Source: a virus. From it: a DNA stretch of 64,000 nucleotides. The notes beneath the pieces were generated by a model. It did no database searches. It saw nothing but the letters and a program-made list of their open reading frames with translations, and was not told the DNA's origin. The DNA lies in IMG/VR virus record IMGVR_UViG_3300045988_087149, positions 1 through 64,000 of that record; one strand, 5' to 3'. This document shows, in pieces, positions 44,533 through 53,294 of the stretch (position 1 is its first letter; each line of letters begins with the position of its first letter). The translations under genes were made by a program, and so were the position numbers.

Positions 44533-44702
44533 AAGACAAAAATCAATATCGCGCCGGACATCAAAGTAAACGCCAATAAGCCACAACCAATGCCACATAT
44601 GAGCAAATCGCTATATTTGTGAGTTCGCTTATATTCATTTCCTCCAAAAAGAATAGCTAAAAACGATACGCATAACGCCATTCCATAAATCACCCATGTC
44701 AT
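44529..44702 (-). CDS. small two-TM membrane protein (57 aa, below the track cutoff) between dnaB and dnaG
   Basis: MTWVIYGMALCVSFLAILFGGNEYKRTHKYSDLLICGIGCGLLAFTLMSGAILIFVL, with ATGA overlaps at both ends (dnaB stop and dnaG start). Confidence 0.45.
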   Translation of the reverse strand: MTWVIYGMALCVSFLAILFGGNEYKRTHKYSDLLICGIGCGLLAFTLMSGAILIFVL

Positions 44703-46171
44703 TTAGCATACACCAACCTTGTCTTAGTTAATTGATAGGGGTTATCAAATTTTGTGGTTACAAAACAATCCTTTGTTCGACCTGTATTTAAATCAAGATT
44801 AAAATAAACCTTAATACCTTGCTCAACCTGCGAAAAGCGCATTTTATAGAGGTGTAGCACGCGATTTGGCTTTACCTTATCAGGATATTTTTCCATCATC
44901 ATATCAGCTATTTCTTGCTCTTTACGGCGCAACGGCATAATTACGCCAGCTACATCGGCCTTGTTCTGAATCGCTCTTGAGCCAGCTGCAACGCCGCTAT
45001 CCATAATTTCCTGTGTCGTAGCATTAGCATTGACCTGAGTAAATGTCAAGACGGCTATATTATATTCAACAGCTAAATCCTTGAGCTTACTTGCTATACC
45101 AGATAGCACCTGATCTGAGCGAGTAGATACGCCATTCTTTTTAGCTAAATCGCTTGATACAGATGAGGATTCAACGATATAATCATAACAGAGATAGCCT
45201 ACTTGCTTATTGACCACATAATCTTTTACATATGATTCAATTAAATCAACAGTATAATTAGGCATAGTGACGATATATAGTTTGGATTCATGCAGGATTT
45301 TAATAGCCTCATCTACACGTTCTTCTTCGCCTTCTTCATACCGCCCATTCAAGATACTAAAGCATGGTACGCCGCTAATTGTAGCCACAATCTTAGGCGT
45401 GATTTCAGTATCACCAGCCATCTCAAATTGGAGATATAAGCCAGCCTTATGCTGATAACATGGATTATCTATATATTGCTCCTTATCTACATCATAGATT
45501 CTAGGACAACATACTTGCACAAGATTAGCCAAGCCAATAGTTGATTTGCCTACACCCGAACCAACTGAATAGATGGATAGTTGCCCCGGAATCCAGCCTC
45601 TAGCCGCTGTGTTTAGATATTCACTAAAGGTCGTTGCGCCAAATAGCGGCTCTGCCTTGAAGCCCTCCTTAACTGCCTCAAATCCATCACCAGCTTTTAG
45701 CTCATCTATATCCTTGTCTTTATAGAATTGCTTCTTTATAGCTATCTGCTGTGCGTCAAAATATTGTACTATATCCTCTATAGTTGCTTTATCATCTTGC
45801 TCAAATTTGTCTACATTGTAGCCAGCATTTTTATATGAACGGAGTAAGGTGGCGCGGCGCGTGTTGTTGTAATAGACCTCAAAATTTCCTACAGTAGCAA
45901 GCTGCTTGACTGTATCAATAAAATCGTCTAGCTGATTTAGCTTGAATATATCCTCTACTTGCTTATTGTTCTTACATAGCATATATAGGTCTAGCGCCGA
46001 TATGGATTCAGCTCCACGTTTAGCCAGAGCAACACAGCCCTGCCACAATCTGAGGTGAAAATCAACCGTGAAATCGTCACGGCTTAGAGGGTACTTGTCA
46101 GAAATAGCAAGAGAGGGTTTGATTAGCAAACAGCCTAATAGCAACCTAACAGAATTTTGGTCATAGAGCAA
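44699..46171 (-). CDS. dnaB: DnaB-type replicative helicase
   Basis: DnaB N-terminal domain pattern (SVRLLLGCLLIKPSL), Walker A SVGSGVGKST, RecA-like C-terminal domain. Confidence 0.75.
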   Translation of the reverse strand: MLYDQNSVRLLLGCLLIKPSLAISDKYPLSRDDFTVDFHLRLWQGCVALAKRGAESISALDLYMLCKNNKQVEDIFKLNQLDDFIDTVKQLATVGNFEVYYNNTRRATLLRSYKNAGYNVDKFEQDDKATIEDIVQYFDAQQIAIKKQFYKDKDIDELKAGDGFEAVKEGFKAEPLFGATTFSEYLNTAARGWIPGQLSIYSVGSGVGKSTIGLANLVQVCCPRIYDVDKEQYIDNPCYQHKAGLYLQFEMAGDTEITPKIVATISGVPCFSILNGRYEEGEEERVDEAIKILHESKLYIVTMPNYTVDLIESYVKDYVVNKQVGYLCYDYIVESSSVSSDLAKKNGVSTRSDQVLSGIASKLKDLAVEYNIAVLTFTQVNANATTQEIMDSGVAAGSRAIQNKADVAGVIMPLRRKEQEIADMMMEKYPDKVKPNRVLHLYKMRFSQVEQGIKVYFNLDLNTGRTKDCFVTTKFDNPYQLTKTRLVYAK

Positions 46172-46174
46172 TGG

Positions 46175-46540
46175 TTATTCCTCCGCTATACCCTTAATTT
46201 CTTTTACCTTTTCAATATATTCTTTGAAGCTAAACCATTTGTCTTTTATTAGATGACCAATTTTATCAATCGTGTTATGCTCATCTACATGAACTCGCAC
46301 ATATTTATCCTTTAGGGCTTCCCATTTATCAACCTCAAGCGTTTTCATCAGCTCAATGATAGCACCATATCCATCGGATGAGCCATAATGTCCAGCTTCA
46401 TTACACCAATGGTCGAGACAATAGCCACCAATACCACCACCCCAACCAGCACCTTCAACATAGACATAAGCCGTTAGACAACCATGATCTTCGCCCAGCT
46501 TAGTTTCTGTAATTTTAGCGTTCAGTGTTTCATTTCGCAT
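46175..46540 (-). CDS. hypothetical protein
   Basis: 121-aa ORF. Confidence 0.45.
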   Translation of the reverse strand: MRNETLNAKITETKLGEDHGCLTAYVYVEGAGWGGGIGGYCLDHWCNEAGHYGSSDGYGAIIELMKTLEVDKWEALKDKYVRVHVDEHNTIDKIGHLIKDKWFSFKEYIEKVKEIKGIAEE

Positions 46541-46650
46541 ACTACATTATTCCTCCTTGCTCGATTCATCTAATTCACAAAATGTACCTTGCCAATGCGG
46601 ACAGTCTGTATCGGGAGCGGTGCATTTAGCGCCATCTTTATATGGGTACA

Positions 46651-46914
46651 TTACGCATCCTCCCAATCTAACAATTGTCCACAACTTCCGCAATGCGGAT
46701 AATATTTAGTAATTCCATGATGACAAATTGGACAACGATGCCAATATAACATTTTATTACTAATAAGTGTTGGTTCTGGATTCATTGGAATCTGCTTCTC
46801 TAGTGCTCTAACAATAGTGCCCATATATGGCTCAATGTCGCTCGTATCAAGCATACCACTAGTTAGAGCATCAAAAGCCTCGTCGTATTCATTGACATAT
46901 TGTTTCATCATCAA
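46651..46914 (-). CDS. hypothetical Zn-ribbon protein
   Basis: 87 aa; CPICH...CGSCG. Confidence 0.45.
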   Translation of the reverse strand: MMMKQYVNEYDEAFDALTSGMLDTSDIEPYMGTIVRALEKQIPMNPEPTLISNKMLYWHRCPICHHGITKYYPHCGSCGQLLDWEDA

Positions 46915-47132
46915 TCCTCCGGCAATTCAATATATGTCCAACGGTCAGCCACATCAATAAAGCAACAATCATAATCATTTGCTCCATAAATCCATTTATC
47001 ACCACGTTTATAGCACAGCATTGTTGCTTCTTCATTGTATTGACATTCCATATTCCAATACGCTACAAGTACACGCTTAAATTCTTGTGGAAAATCGTCA
47101 TCAAATATTTTATGCCATTGTATCATCATCAA
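46911..47132 (-). CDS. hypothetical protein (DUF551-like)
   Basis: 73-aa ORF. Confidence 0.4.
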   Translation of the reverse strand: MMMIQWHKIFDDDFPQEFKRVLVAYWNMECQYNEEATMLCYKRGDKWIYGANDYDCCFIDVADRWTYIELPED

Positions 47133-47370
47133 TTACCTTTACAACCATATTATCTTCATGTGCTCTAAAACAATGGAAATCAGGGCAACGACCACAGCTT
47201 TCAGCAATATCTTGATGCCGTTCATCCTTATGTAATCCACACCCAACTGGGCCGCCACCAACAATATCTCCTTCTTTATCAAAGAAAAAATCATGGTGAA
47301 CATAGATGCAGAAATCACAGCAAGCCAATCTCAAACATTCTTCAGAACATCCAATCATTTTATGTTTCAT
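47110..47370 (-). CDS. hypothetical Cys/His-rich protein
   Basis: 86 aa with 11 Cys. Confidence 0.4.
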   Translation of the reverse strand: MKHKMIGCSEECLRLACCDFCIYVHHDFFFDKEGDIVGGGPVGCGLHKDERHQDIAESCGRCPDFHCFRAHEDNMVVKVIDDDTMA

Positions 47371-47897
47371 CCAATCAAATCCTCCTTCTTGTTAATCCTC
47401 TCAAATACTAACTGAGATGGCAACATTTTGTGGCAGAGATAGCCACTTTGGAATGGTACTGAACTGCTTGAACAATCCGGTCTAATGTAAGATACTCTAG
47501 GACTTAACCACATCATTTCACAACCATATTTCTCAAACATATCAAATCGTGCCTTATTATCAAAAATACCCTGAAAATTTATAAGCATAGCAAATGATTT
47601 TCCAAGCTCATACAGTCTTTGAAATACCTCTGTTTTTAGAGAATATGGAGGATTAGAGATGATATACTCTGTACCAAATGGTGGTTCGCTCTCAAAGAAA
47701 TCTAACCCCATTGAAATGTGGGAATGTACAACATTGTGTCCAGCTTTATTTAGCACCTGAACGAACTGGCTCTCAGCCGTATCAAATGGACACCAGATAT
47801 TGCTATGTGGAGGCAGATATTTAAGAAGTGGTTTAACCGCATATGCCGGTGTGTAATATTCATCATTTTTATTAAATTTATATTGAATCTGTGACAT
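47367..47897 (-). CDS. N6-adenine DNA methyltransferase (small phage type)
   Basis: DEYYTP N-terminal motif and catalytic IISNPPYS (NPPY). Confidence 0.6.
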   Translation of the reverse strand: MSQIQYKFNKNDEYYTPAYAVKPLLKYLPPHSNIWCPFDTAESQFVQVLNKAGHNVVHSHISMGLDFFESEPPFGTEYIISNPPYSLKTEVFQRLYELGKSFAMLINFQGIFDNKARFDMFEKYGCEMMWLSPRVSYIRPDCSSSSVPFQSGYLCHKMLPSQLVFERINKKEDLIG

Positions 47898-48379
47898 TAC
47901 CTAAACACATCCTCCTCATCATTCTTTTTAACAATCGTCTCAACCCCATCTTCAGCTTGCCATTGCTGTATATTCTGTTTTACCTGATTTAGCCAAGTAT
48001 AATATTTTTTACATTCATCATATTTATACTTGATCAGTCCAAGTGGCGATTGAGACACATCCTTTCCAAGCTCTTTATAGATATATCTGATAGTATAAGC
48101 AATACCACCATATGTCATATCAGGATTATCTTTCATCAACTGAGAAAGCTGGATGCCTACAAGCCGCATATTAGCATCAGGCGCAATTTGGCGTATATAA
48201 TCCAGCAATTTGCGCCTATCATCTTTTAATTCTGCTTTGGGCTTGACAGTGTGAGCATTGATATAATCCTGTTTGCATTGCTCACAACAGAAATAGAATT
48301 TAGGCTTATATTCGATTGCATCTTGCTTTGGCGTTGATTTGCCGCATTGGCGACATTTAATTGTTTTTTCTTTCGTCAT
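47897..48379 (-). CDS. hypothetical protein with an N-terminal Zn-ribbon
   Basis: 160 aa; CRQCG...CCEQC. Confidence 0.45.
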   Translation of the reverse strand: MTKEKTIKCRQCGKSTPKQDAIEYKPKFYFCCEQCKQDYINAHTVKPKAELKDDRRKLLDYIRQIAPDANMRLVGIQLSQLMKDNPDMTYGGIAYTIRYIYKELGKDVSQSPLGLIKYKYDECKKYYTWLNQVKQNIQQWQAEDGVETIVKKNDEEDVFR

Positions 48380-48705
48380 CTAGAAAATGCCATCTGACGC
48401 ATATAGCTATAAGGCAACATATATTCACCATGAGTAGGTATCCAATTAAGCCACGCTTCAATATCATCGCCCTTAACATTATAGTAGCCATCATCAAACA
48501 GCATACATCGAGTGCAGCTTGCGTCAAACATAATACTGGTATCATCTGTAAAATTGATATAGCCAGTTTCATCACCAGAGCAAATCCTTACATCAATAGA
48601 TTCAATTTGTTTATCATCTGGAATCTTGATTTCTTTGACTTTATCGTCATAGTCATAGATTTTTACTTTCACTGTGCTCCTCCTGTTCATGATATTTAAT
48701 TGCAT
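48376..48705 (-). CDS. hypothetical protein
   Basis: 109-aa ORF; start uncertain. Confidence 0.4.
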   Translation of the reverse strand: MQLNIMNRRSTVKVKIYDYDDKVKEIKIPDDKQIESIDVRICSGDETGYINFTDDTSIMFDASCTRCMLFDDGYYNVKGDDIEAWLNWIPTHGEYMLPYSYMRQMAFSR

Positions 48706-48710
48706 GTGAC

Positions 48711-49136
48711 TTAGGCATTAGCTTTACCTACAGCCTTAAAATCAACGACTTCACCATCAATCATCTTGTGATAGTATAGCTTATCGCAATAAGAGATGAG
48801 CCGAATACGGATTGCGTTGCGCTGACCAAATTCAGTAGCAGTCTTGCCAAATGCATCGTCTGTAATTACCCAACCATATCTCAGAACATTTCCAGAATTT
48901 GCTTCAGGCATAAGTTCCACATCTGTCTTAAAGCACCACCACATATCATCGCTGGACGTTGTACCGTGCGGCCACTGTACACAGATTTCGCCACCTTCGA
49001 CTTCAAGTACAATACCAAACGTGCCAACAACAGGGTAATAGTAGGGTGCCATTTTATGCGATACATCGCTAGTAAATTTTACATATCTATTAGTCCACAC
49101 TTCATTGTTCAACATTGTTTTATTCTCCTTGCTCAC
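48711..49136 (-). CDS. hypothetical protein
   Basis: 141-aa ORF. Confidence 0.45.
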   Translation of the reverse strand: MSKENKTMLNNEVWTNRYVKFTSDVSHKMAPYYYPVVGTFGIVLEVEGGEICVQWPHGTTSSDDMWWCFKTDVELMPEANSGNVLRYGWVITDDAFGKTATEFGQRNAIRIRLISYCDKLYYHKMIDGEVVDFKAVGKANA

Positions 49137-49163
49137 AGCAGAAATAGAATTTAGACTTATGTT

Positions 49164-49349
49164 TTACCAAATATAGTCACAAAGAATCTTAACACCAGTT
49201 TCGTAGTCAGACTTGCTCATTGGCATCCAAGCAACATACCATTTTCCATCATTAAAGAATAAGTCCGTCTTAAGTCTAGCTTCAATCATTTCCTTGCGAC
49301 ACAACTCAGCAATATCCTTGAATTGAAAAGCAGTATTGATCCATTTCAT
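49164..49349 (-). CDS. hypothetical early protein
   Basis: Track ORF 49164-49370. The ATG at 49349 (MKWINTAF...) has an AGGAGGA SD. The ATG at 49370 would lie about 5 nt from the predicted TSS. Confidence 0.4.
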   Translation of the reverse strand: MKWINTAFQFKDIAELCRKEMIEARLKTDLFFNDGKWYVAWMPMSKSDYETGVKILCDYIW

Positions 49350-49381
49350 TTTATTGTCCTCCTGTTTCATTTGTTGGCTTA

Positions 49382-49410
49382 ATTATAGCATATAAATAGG
49401 AGGTTGTCAA
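49382..49410 (-). promoter_or_regulatory. consensus sigma-70-type promoter
   Basis: - strand TTGACA (49410-49405), 17 nt, TGc-TATAAT (49387-49382). Confidence 0.7.
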
Positions 49411-49418
49411 GAGGAAAT

Positions 49419-50111
49419 TTACAGGTTTTCAATATAACTGCCCCATTGATCTGCCATAGCTTGTGCGATGCCCTCAAATGTCTTGCTTCGATTCTTTGCT
49501 CTATTTGTAGTAAACATACCTCTATGCTTTTCATTATGCTTATGACTATAGCTACCAGATGGACACCAAGTGGCGATTGGGCTTACAGGGTTTACAGGTT
49601 GCAACATCGGGACATTCTTTTCCCATAAACAAGTTCTTTTACTGTATGGATGCCACTCTCCATAATATTCATATGGTTGAATGGTTTGAGTATAGGATGG
49701 CAATTCATATACCTTAGATGGAATTGGGTTTTCAACAACAATATGTTCACACTTGGCATTGATAAACTGCATAAAGAACTCCTTTGCCTCAAGTCCTTTG
49801 CTATATCGCTCTTGATTTAGCACATGATTTTTCCATAGATGACGAGCACCAGCATTACTTAGATAAGTGCAAGGCGGATGACAAATCAGTAAATCCCATT
49901 CTCCCTTAATAATATGATGTTCACCATCAACTGTATCAAATTCACAGTCGCCATTGATTAAAGGTAGCACATCTTATTGAATATGCCACTCAGGATGACC
50001 ACCAGAGCAAGGCTCAATATCACAACTATATGCCTCCCAGCCACGCTCACGAAAAGCAGTACAAACACGCTGAGATTCTTCACAACAAATAAGTAACTTA
50101 AATTTCTTCAT
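49419..50111 (-). pseudogene. C5-cytosine DNA methyltransferase interrupted by one in-frame TAA (49974-49976)
   Basis: The ATG at 50111 (ATGAAGAAATTTAAG overlaps the upstream stop) gives MKKFKLLICCEESQRVCTAFRERGWEAYSCDIEPCSGGHPEWHIQ, then TAA. The same frame continues DVLPLING...WDLLICHPPCTYLS (PC motif IV) ...VVENP (motif VI). Confidence 0.6.
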
Positions 50112-50733
50112 TCACTATACTCCATTCTAACACCCACTTATCAATTTCTTCTTGGCTCATAGCCACATCTGTTCTCTTGCAATCAACCACCCTAAGACCG
50201 CTAGGATGCGTTATGACCCGATTTTGCTCTATGCTATATCCTGCATCATATTCAAGCCGCAATCGGCATATACAGCCATCACAGCCGTCAGAACGCTTGA
50301 TATTAAATACTCTAGGCGAATCGCCGCATATATTCAAGAATTGGCTCGAATCCAGCCATTGCCCATCCATTTCTATATTCATGCTATCAGCCGCATTATC
50401 TTCAACTATGCGGCAATATTGTACGTTATAATACAATGATTTTTTCCATTCGTTGATATTGCCTGATACCAATAACATAGTAGGCGTATCAGATTTTTTC
50501 ATTGTATAATAATGTTTGTTTTTGACATATATATAGCTATCTATTCGTGGATGGATATATTGCGCCATATTGAGCCATGATTTGATTTGCTCCTCATTCC
50601 ATTTGCGGCTTAATGTTTGGCTCATGGTGAGGCATTGATTATTGGCGATGACACTGAATCTGGCTTTCATATGGGTCTGATATAAGTCAATTCGCAGCTC
50701 TTGTAGTTGAGCTACACATAGAAATCTATTCAA
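50098..50733 (-). CDS. hypothetical protein
   Basis: 211 aa; TTG start after a GAGGTG SD; first gene after promoter 50753-50781. Confidence 0.45.
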   Translation of the reverse strand: MNRFLCVAQLQELRIDLYQTHMKARFSVIANNQCLTMSQTLSRKWNEEQIKSWLNMAQYIHPRIDSYIYVKNKHYYTMKKSDTPTMLLVSGNINEWKKSLYYNVQYCRIVEDNAADSMNIEMDGQWLDSSQFLNICGDSPRVFNIKRSDGCDGCICRLRLEYDAGYSIEQNRVITHPSGLRVVDCKRTDVAMSQEEIDKWVLEWSIVNEEI

Positions 50734-50752
50734 GCATCATCACCTCACATCT

Positions 50753-50789
50753 ATTATATAATAAAAAGGCGGGATTGTCAAGCCCCGCC
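50753..50789 (-). promoter_or_regulatory. consensus promoter whose -35 box lies in the loop of a terminator hairpin
   Basis: - strand GGCGGGG-cTTGACAat-CCCGCC-TTTTT. TTGACA (50781-50776), 17 nt, TATAAT (50758-50753). Confidence 0.65.
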
Positions 50790-50799
50790 TTTAATATTT

Positions 50800-50955
50800 T
50801 TAAGTCTCTTCGCCATCGCTTACTTCAATAGAAGTATAGCCTTCTCTGGCTAATTCCATGCCAAGCCGAATTGCGTCTAAATAATCATCGACATTAAACA
50901 AGTCACGATCAATCGTTGCATCCTCAATAAGATTGACGTGTAGAATTTTATCCAT
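50800..50955 (-). CDS. small acidic hypothetical protein (51 aa, below the track cutoff)
   Basis: ATG at 50955 after a GAGGT SD. Translation MDKILHVNLIEDATIDRDLFNVDDYLDAIRLGMELAREGYTSIEVSDGEET. Followed by the terminator at 50768-50789. Confidence 0.4.
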   Translation of the reverse strand: MDKILHVNLIEDATIDRDLFNVDDYLDAIRLGMELAREGYTSIEVSDGEET

Positions 50956-50963
50956 AATTAACC

Positions 50964-51584
50964 TCAACCAAATGGATTCTCGTCAGAATCATCCCAAGGA
51001 TTTTCTGATTCAGCAGGAGTCGATGTATCAGTAGGAGTAGTATTGAACACATCGCCAAAATCAGGAATTGGGTCATTAGCAGGAGCAGTTGTAGTCTTGG
51101 TGGTGGTTAGCTCCTTGAGCGCGGGAATTTCATATTCGCCCTTTTCAATAGTTTCAACAGAGCGAACAGCCGCGACATAGTTACGGACACGAACCTGACC
51201 CTTCTGATTCTGATACTGCTCATCTGCAATGATTAGACCAACGACCTTATTAACAAGCGTCTTTTCGTCAAAATCCCACTTATAGCCCTTATTGGACTTC
51301 TCAACTGCGTTTGTAAAGCCCTTGAACATAGATGCTGCAGAATCCTTATAAGAACGGATGAATGTACCAGCATTGGGCCACTTGCGTTCCTTACGTGTAT
51401 CACCGTCATACTGCTTCTTGAAATAGCCCTTATCGTCGCCCTTTACGATGTCAAAATAAATCTTTAGATATTCTTTCTCAGGATGATCTTCTACCTTGAG
51501 AATCTTAGCAATATAGCCATTTGGCGTTAGACGCTTAAAAGATGTGCTTTCAACGATAGAGTCCCAATTTTCAATTCTTTTCAA
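50964..51584 (-). CDS. DUF669-type ssDNA-binding-like protein
   Basis: 206 aa. The acidic C-terminal tail WDDSDENPFG is like SSB tips. It lies next to a Sak4-like ATPase, which is the typical pairing. Confidence 0.5.
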   Translation of the reverse strand: MKRIENWDSIVESTSFKRLTPNGYIAKILKVEDHPEKEYLKIYFDIVKGDDKGYFKKQYDGDTRKERKWPNAGTFIRSYKDSAASMFKGFTNAVEKSNKGYKWDFDEKTLVNKVVGLIIADEQYQNQKGQVRVRNYVAAVRSVETIEKGEYEIPALKELTTTKTTTAPANDPIPDFGDVFNTTPTDTSTPAESENPWDDSDENPFG

Positions 51585-51594
51585 TTTGATTACC

Positions 51595-52173
51595 TCACTT
51601 TAATGTTTTTGTGTTAAATGCTTTTTCTATAGGCCATTTATATGCCTTTATTCTAGCTCTTAAAGTTGTATATTTTATACCTAATTCAGTTGCCCAATCA
51701 GATAATATTTGAGATTTCCCATTGTATTCATATAATTCTTCTTCATTATATGTGATAGCTTTTGCAACATCCCAACCATATTTATTTATACGTGCCCAAG
51801 ATGTTGCTGAAGGAACTCCATAAATTTCTTCCCACTCTTTTAATGTTTTTTCTTCGCCATTATATTTATATCTTACGTTATTTCGTCTATTTCTACATTG
51901 TTCAGTCAATGTTATCCACCTACAATTAGCTGGGCAATATCCTCCATTCGTATCAATTCTATCTAATGTCAAATCATCATTATATCCAGCACTGATTGCC
52001 CAATTATAGAAATTTTCGAATGAATCCTTCCATTCCTCACACATTGTTATACCACGTTTGCCATAATATTTATAATTATCATTGCCAACGTAATAACATC
52101 TTGTCTTAACATCACTCCAAATTCGATATATTCTCGTATTTGACATATTATGAGTTTTGTGCATCTTTATCAA
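51595..52173 (-). CDS. free-standing HNH-type homing endonuclease with two C-terminal HTH-like repeats
   Basis: TRIYRIWSDVKTRC...YGKRGITMCEEW...LTLDRIDTNGGYCPANCRWITLTEQCRNR, and a repeated ..L.EW....G....T...RI.KYGW...KA.. Confidence 0.7.
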   Translation of the reverse strand: MIKMHKTHNMSNTRIYRIWSDVKTRCYYVGNDNYKYYGKRGITMCEEWKDSFENFYNWAISAGYNDDLTLDRIDTNGGYCPANCRWITLTEQCRNRRNNVRYKYNGEEKTLKEWEEIYGVPSATSWARINKYGWDVAKAITYNEEELYEYNGKSQILSDWATELGIKYTTLRARIKAYKWPIEKAFNTKTLK

Positions 52174-52266
52174 TCTCCCTATATAAGATTTATTTAGAGT
52201 AGAGGGTTGATATAGGCAACCCCCTCAAACTAAGCCAGTTTGCAACCCAGCTTTGACCTCTATTAT
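52174..52266 (-). promoter_or_regulatory. structured 5' leader homologous to 28059-28166
   Basis: - strand hairpin GGGGGTTG / CAACCCTC (plus-strand coordinates 52202-52224), with loop CCTATAT complementary to ATATAGG just upstream of the SD GGGAGA. It shares the blocks AGAGGT.AAAG, TGG(G)TTGCAAAC, ACTCTA and ATCTTA.A.TAGG.GAGATT with the 28-kb copy. Confidence 0.55.
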
Positions 52267-52295
52267 ATTATATCACATTACCATATATTTGTCAA
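52267..52295 (-). promoter_or_regulatory. consensus sigma-70-type promoter for the HNH gene
   Basis: - strand TTGACA (52295-52290), 17 nt, TGa-TATAAT (52272-52267). Confidence 0.75.
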
Positions 52296-52304
52296 GTATT
52301 ATTT

Positions 52305-52934
52305 TTAATAATCCTTCAATGCGTCAATTACCAACATCACATCGTTTGGAATTTCGTCTGTATCAAACGCACCCTTTGGTGTTTTTGCAGTAGAATTTTT
52401 TGCACGTGTTTCAAACACATATTTACCATCTTCAGCCTTTGCAAGTAGTACAGTAGTCATCTTGCTTTCAAGACAAATCTTATTGAGCTTGCGCCCATTG
52501 GTGAGCATACAAGTAAAGCCATCATCACTGGTCTGAGTATGACCAATAAGAATCACAGTCAAATCATCTCGCATCTTATTCGCATAATCCACAATATTAT
52601 AGACACTTGTTGCAAGATCAAGCCACTTGTCATAACCCTTATCCTTACTACGTCTAAACTCATCTGCTACCATGCAGCCATTTAGCGTGTCAATTACAAG
52701 ATACTTAATCTGCTTCTGCTTATCATTGATTTGCTGCATCAGACTATAAATGGAATTAGGGTCATCACAGACAAAATAATTCTTATTTGCTTTATTGTAC
52801 TGATTTCGCCATCCCTTCCAGCTTAGTCCCTTACCATCTGCATCAATGTAGAATGTCAACTTTGGGTCAAGATGCTCTAAGCTAGTTGTCTTACCAGAAC
52901 CGCTTGGCCCAATAATCATAATTGCTTTACTCAT
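52305..52934 (-). CDS. Sak4-like / AAA_24 RecA-fold ATPase
   Basis: Walker A IIGPSGSGKTT, Walker B YLVIDTL, C-terminal ...AKTPKGAFDTDEIPNDV pattern. Confidence 0.6.
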   Translation of the reverse strand: MSKAIMIIGPSGSGKTTSLEHLDPKLTFYIDADGKGLSWKGWRNQYNKANKNYFVCDDPNSIYSLMQQINDKQKQIKYLVIDTLNGCMVADEFRRSKDKGYDKWLDLATSVYNIVDYANKMRDDLTVILIGHTQTSDDGFTCMLTNGRKLNKICLESKMTTVLLAKAEDGKYVFETRAKNSTAKTPKGAFDTDEIPNDVMLVIDALKDY

Positions 52935-52958
52935 TTACTTACTTAATCCTCCTTAATC

Positions 52959-53291
52959 TCATTCAATTTCTTTCAGCCAAAAATCACGCTTACATTTATC
53001 ACAATTTCTTTCGCTTCTGACACACTCTGCAACAGCCTTTGTGTCTGCTTGAGATGGGCAGATGACAAGAGTACCATTATACCCAACAGACGCATTAGGA
53101 AACATCTTCAAAAATTCACTCTGTCTTGTTTTGACAGGATGTTCTTTTGCCCATTGCTCTACAATGGGAACCATCTGTGATATTTTTATAAGAGATGCAC
53201 ACCCCATAACTTTATTTGCGAGACATTTATCACAGCTGCCATAATAACTACACATTCTTTCACGTTGCTTTACATATTCAACAGCATCCAT
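52959..53291 (-). CDS. hypothetical Cys-rich protein
   Basis: 110-aa ORF. Confidence 0.45.
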   Translation of the reverse strand: MDAVEYVKQRERMCSYYGSCDKCLANKVMGCASLIKISQMVPIVEQWAKEHPVKTRQSEFLKMFPNASVGYNGTLVICPSQADTKAVAECVRSERNCDKCKRDFWLKEIE

Positions 53292-53294
53292 TAT

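Noticed and set aside
44533-44598. N-terminal extension MWHWLWLIGVYFDVRRDIDFCL of the primase ORF
   Set aside because: The region is better explained as the 3' end of a coupled 57-aa membrane ORF in another frame. Primase-like sequence begins at the ATG at 44532, which has an ATGA overlap.
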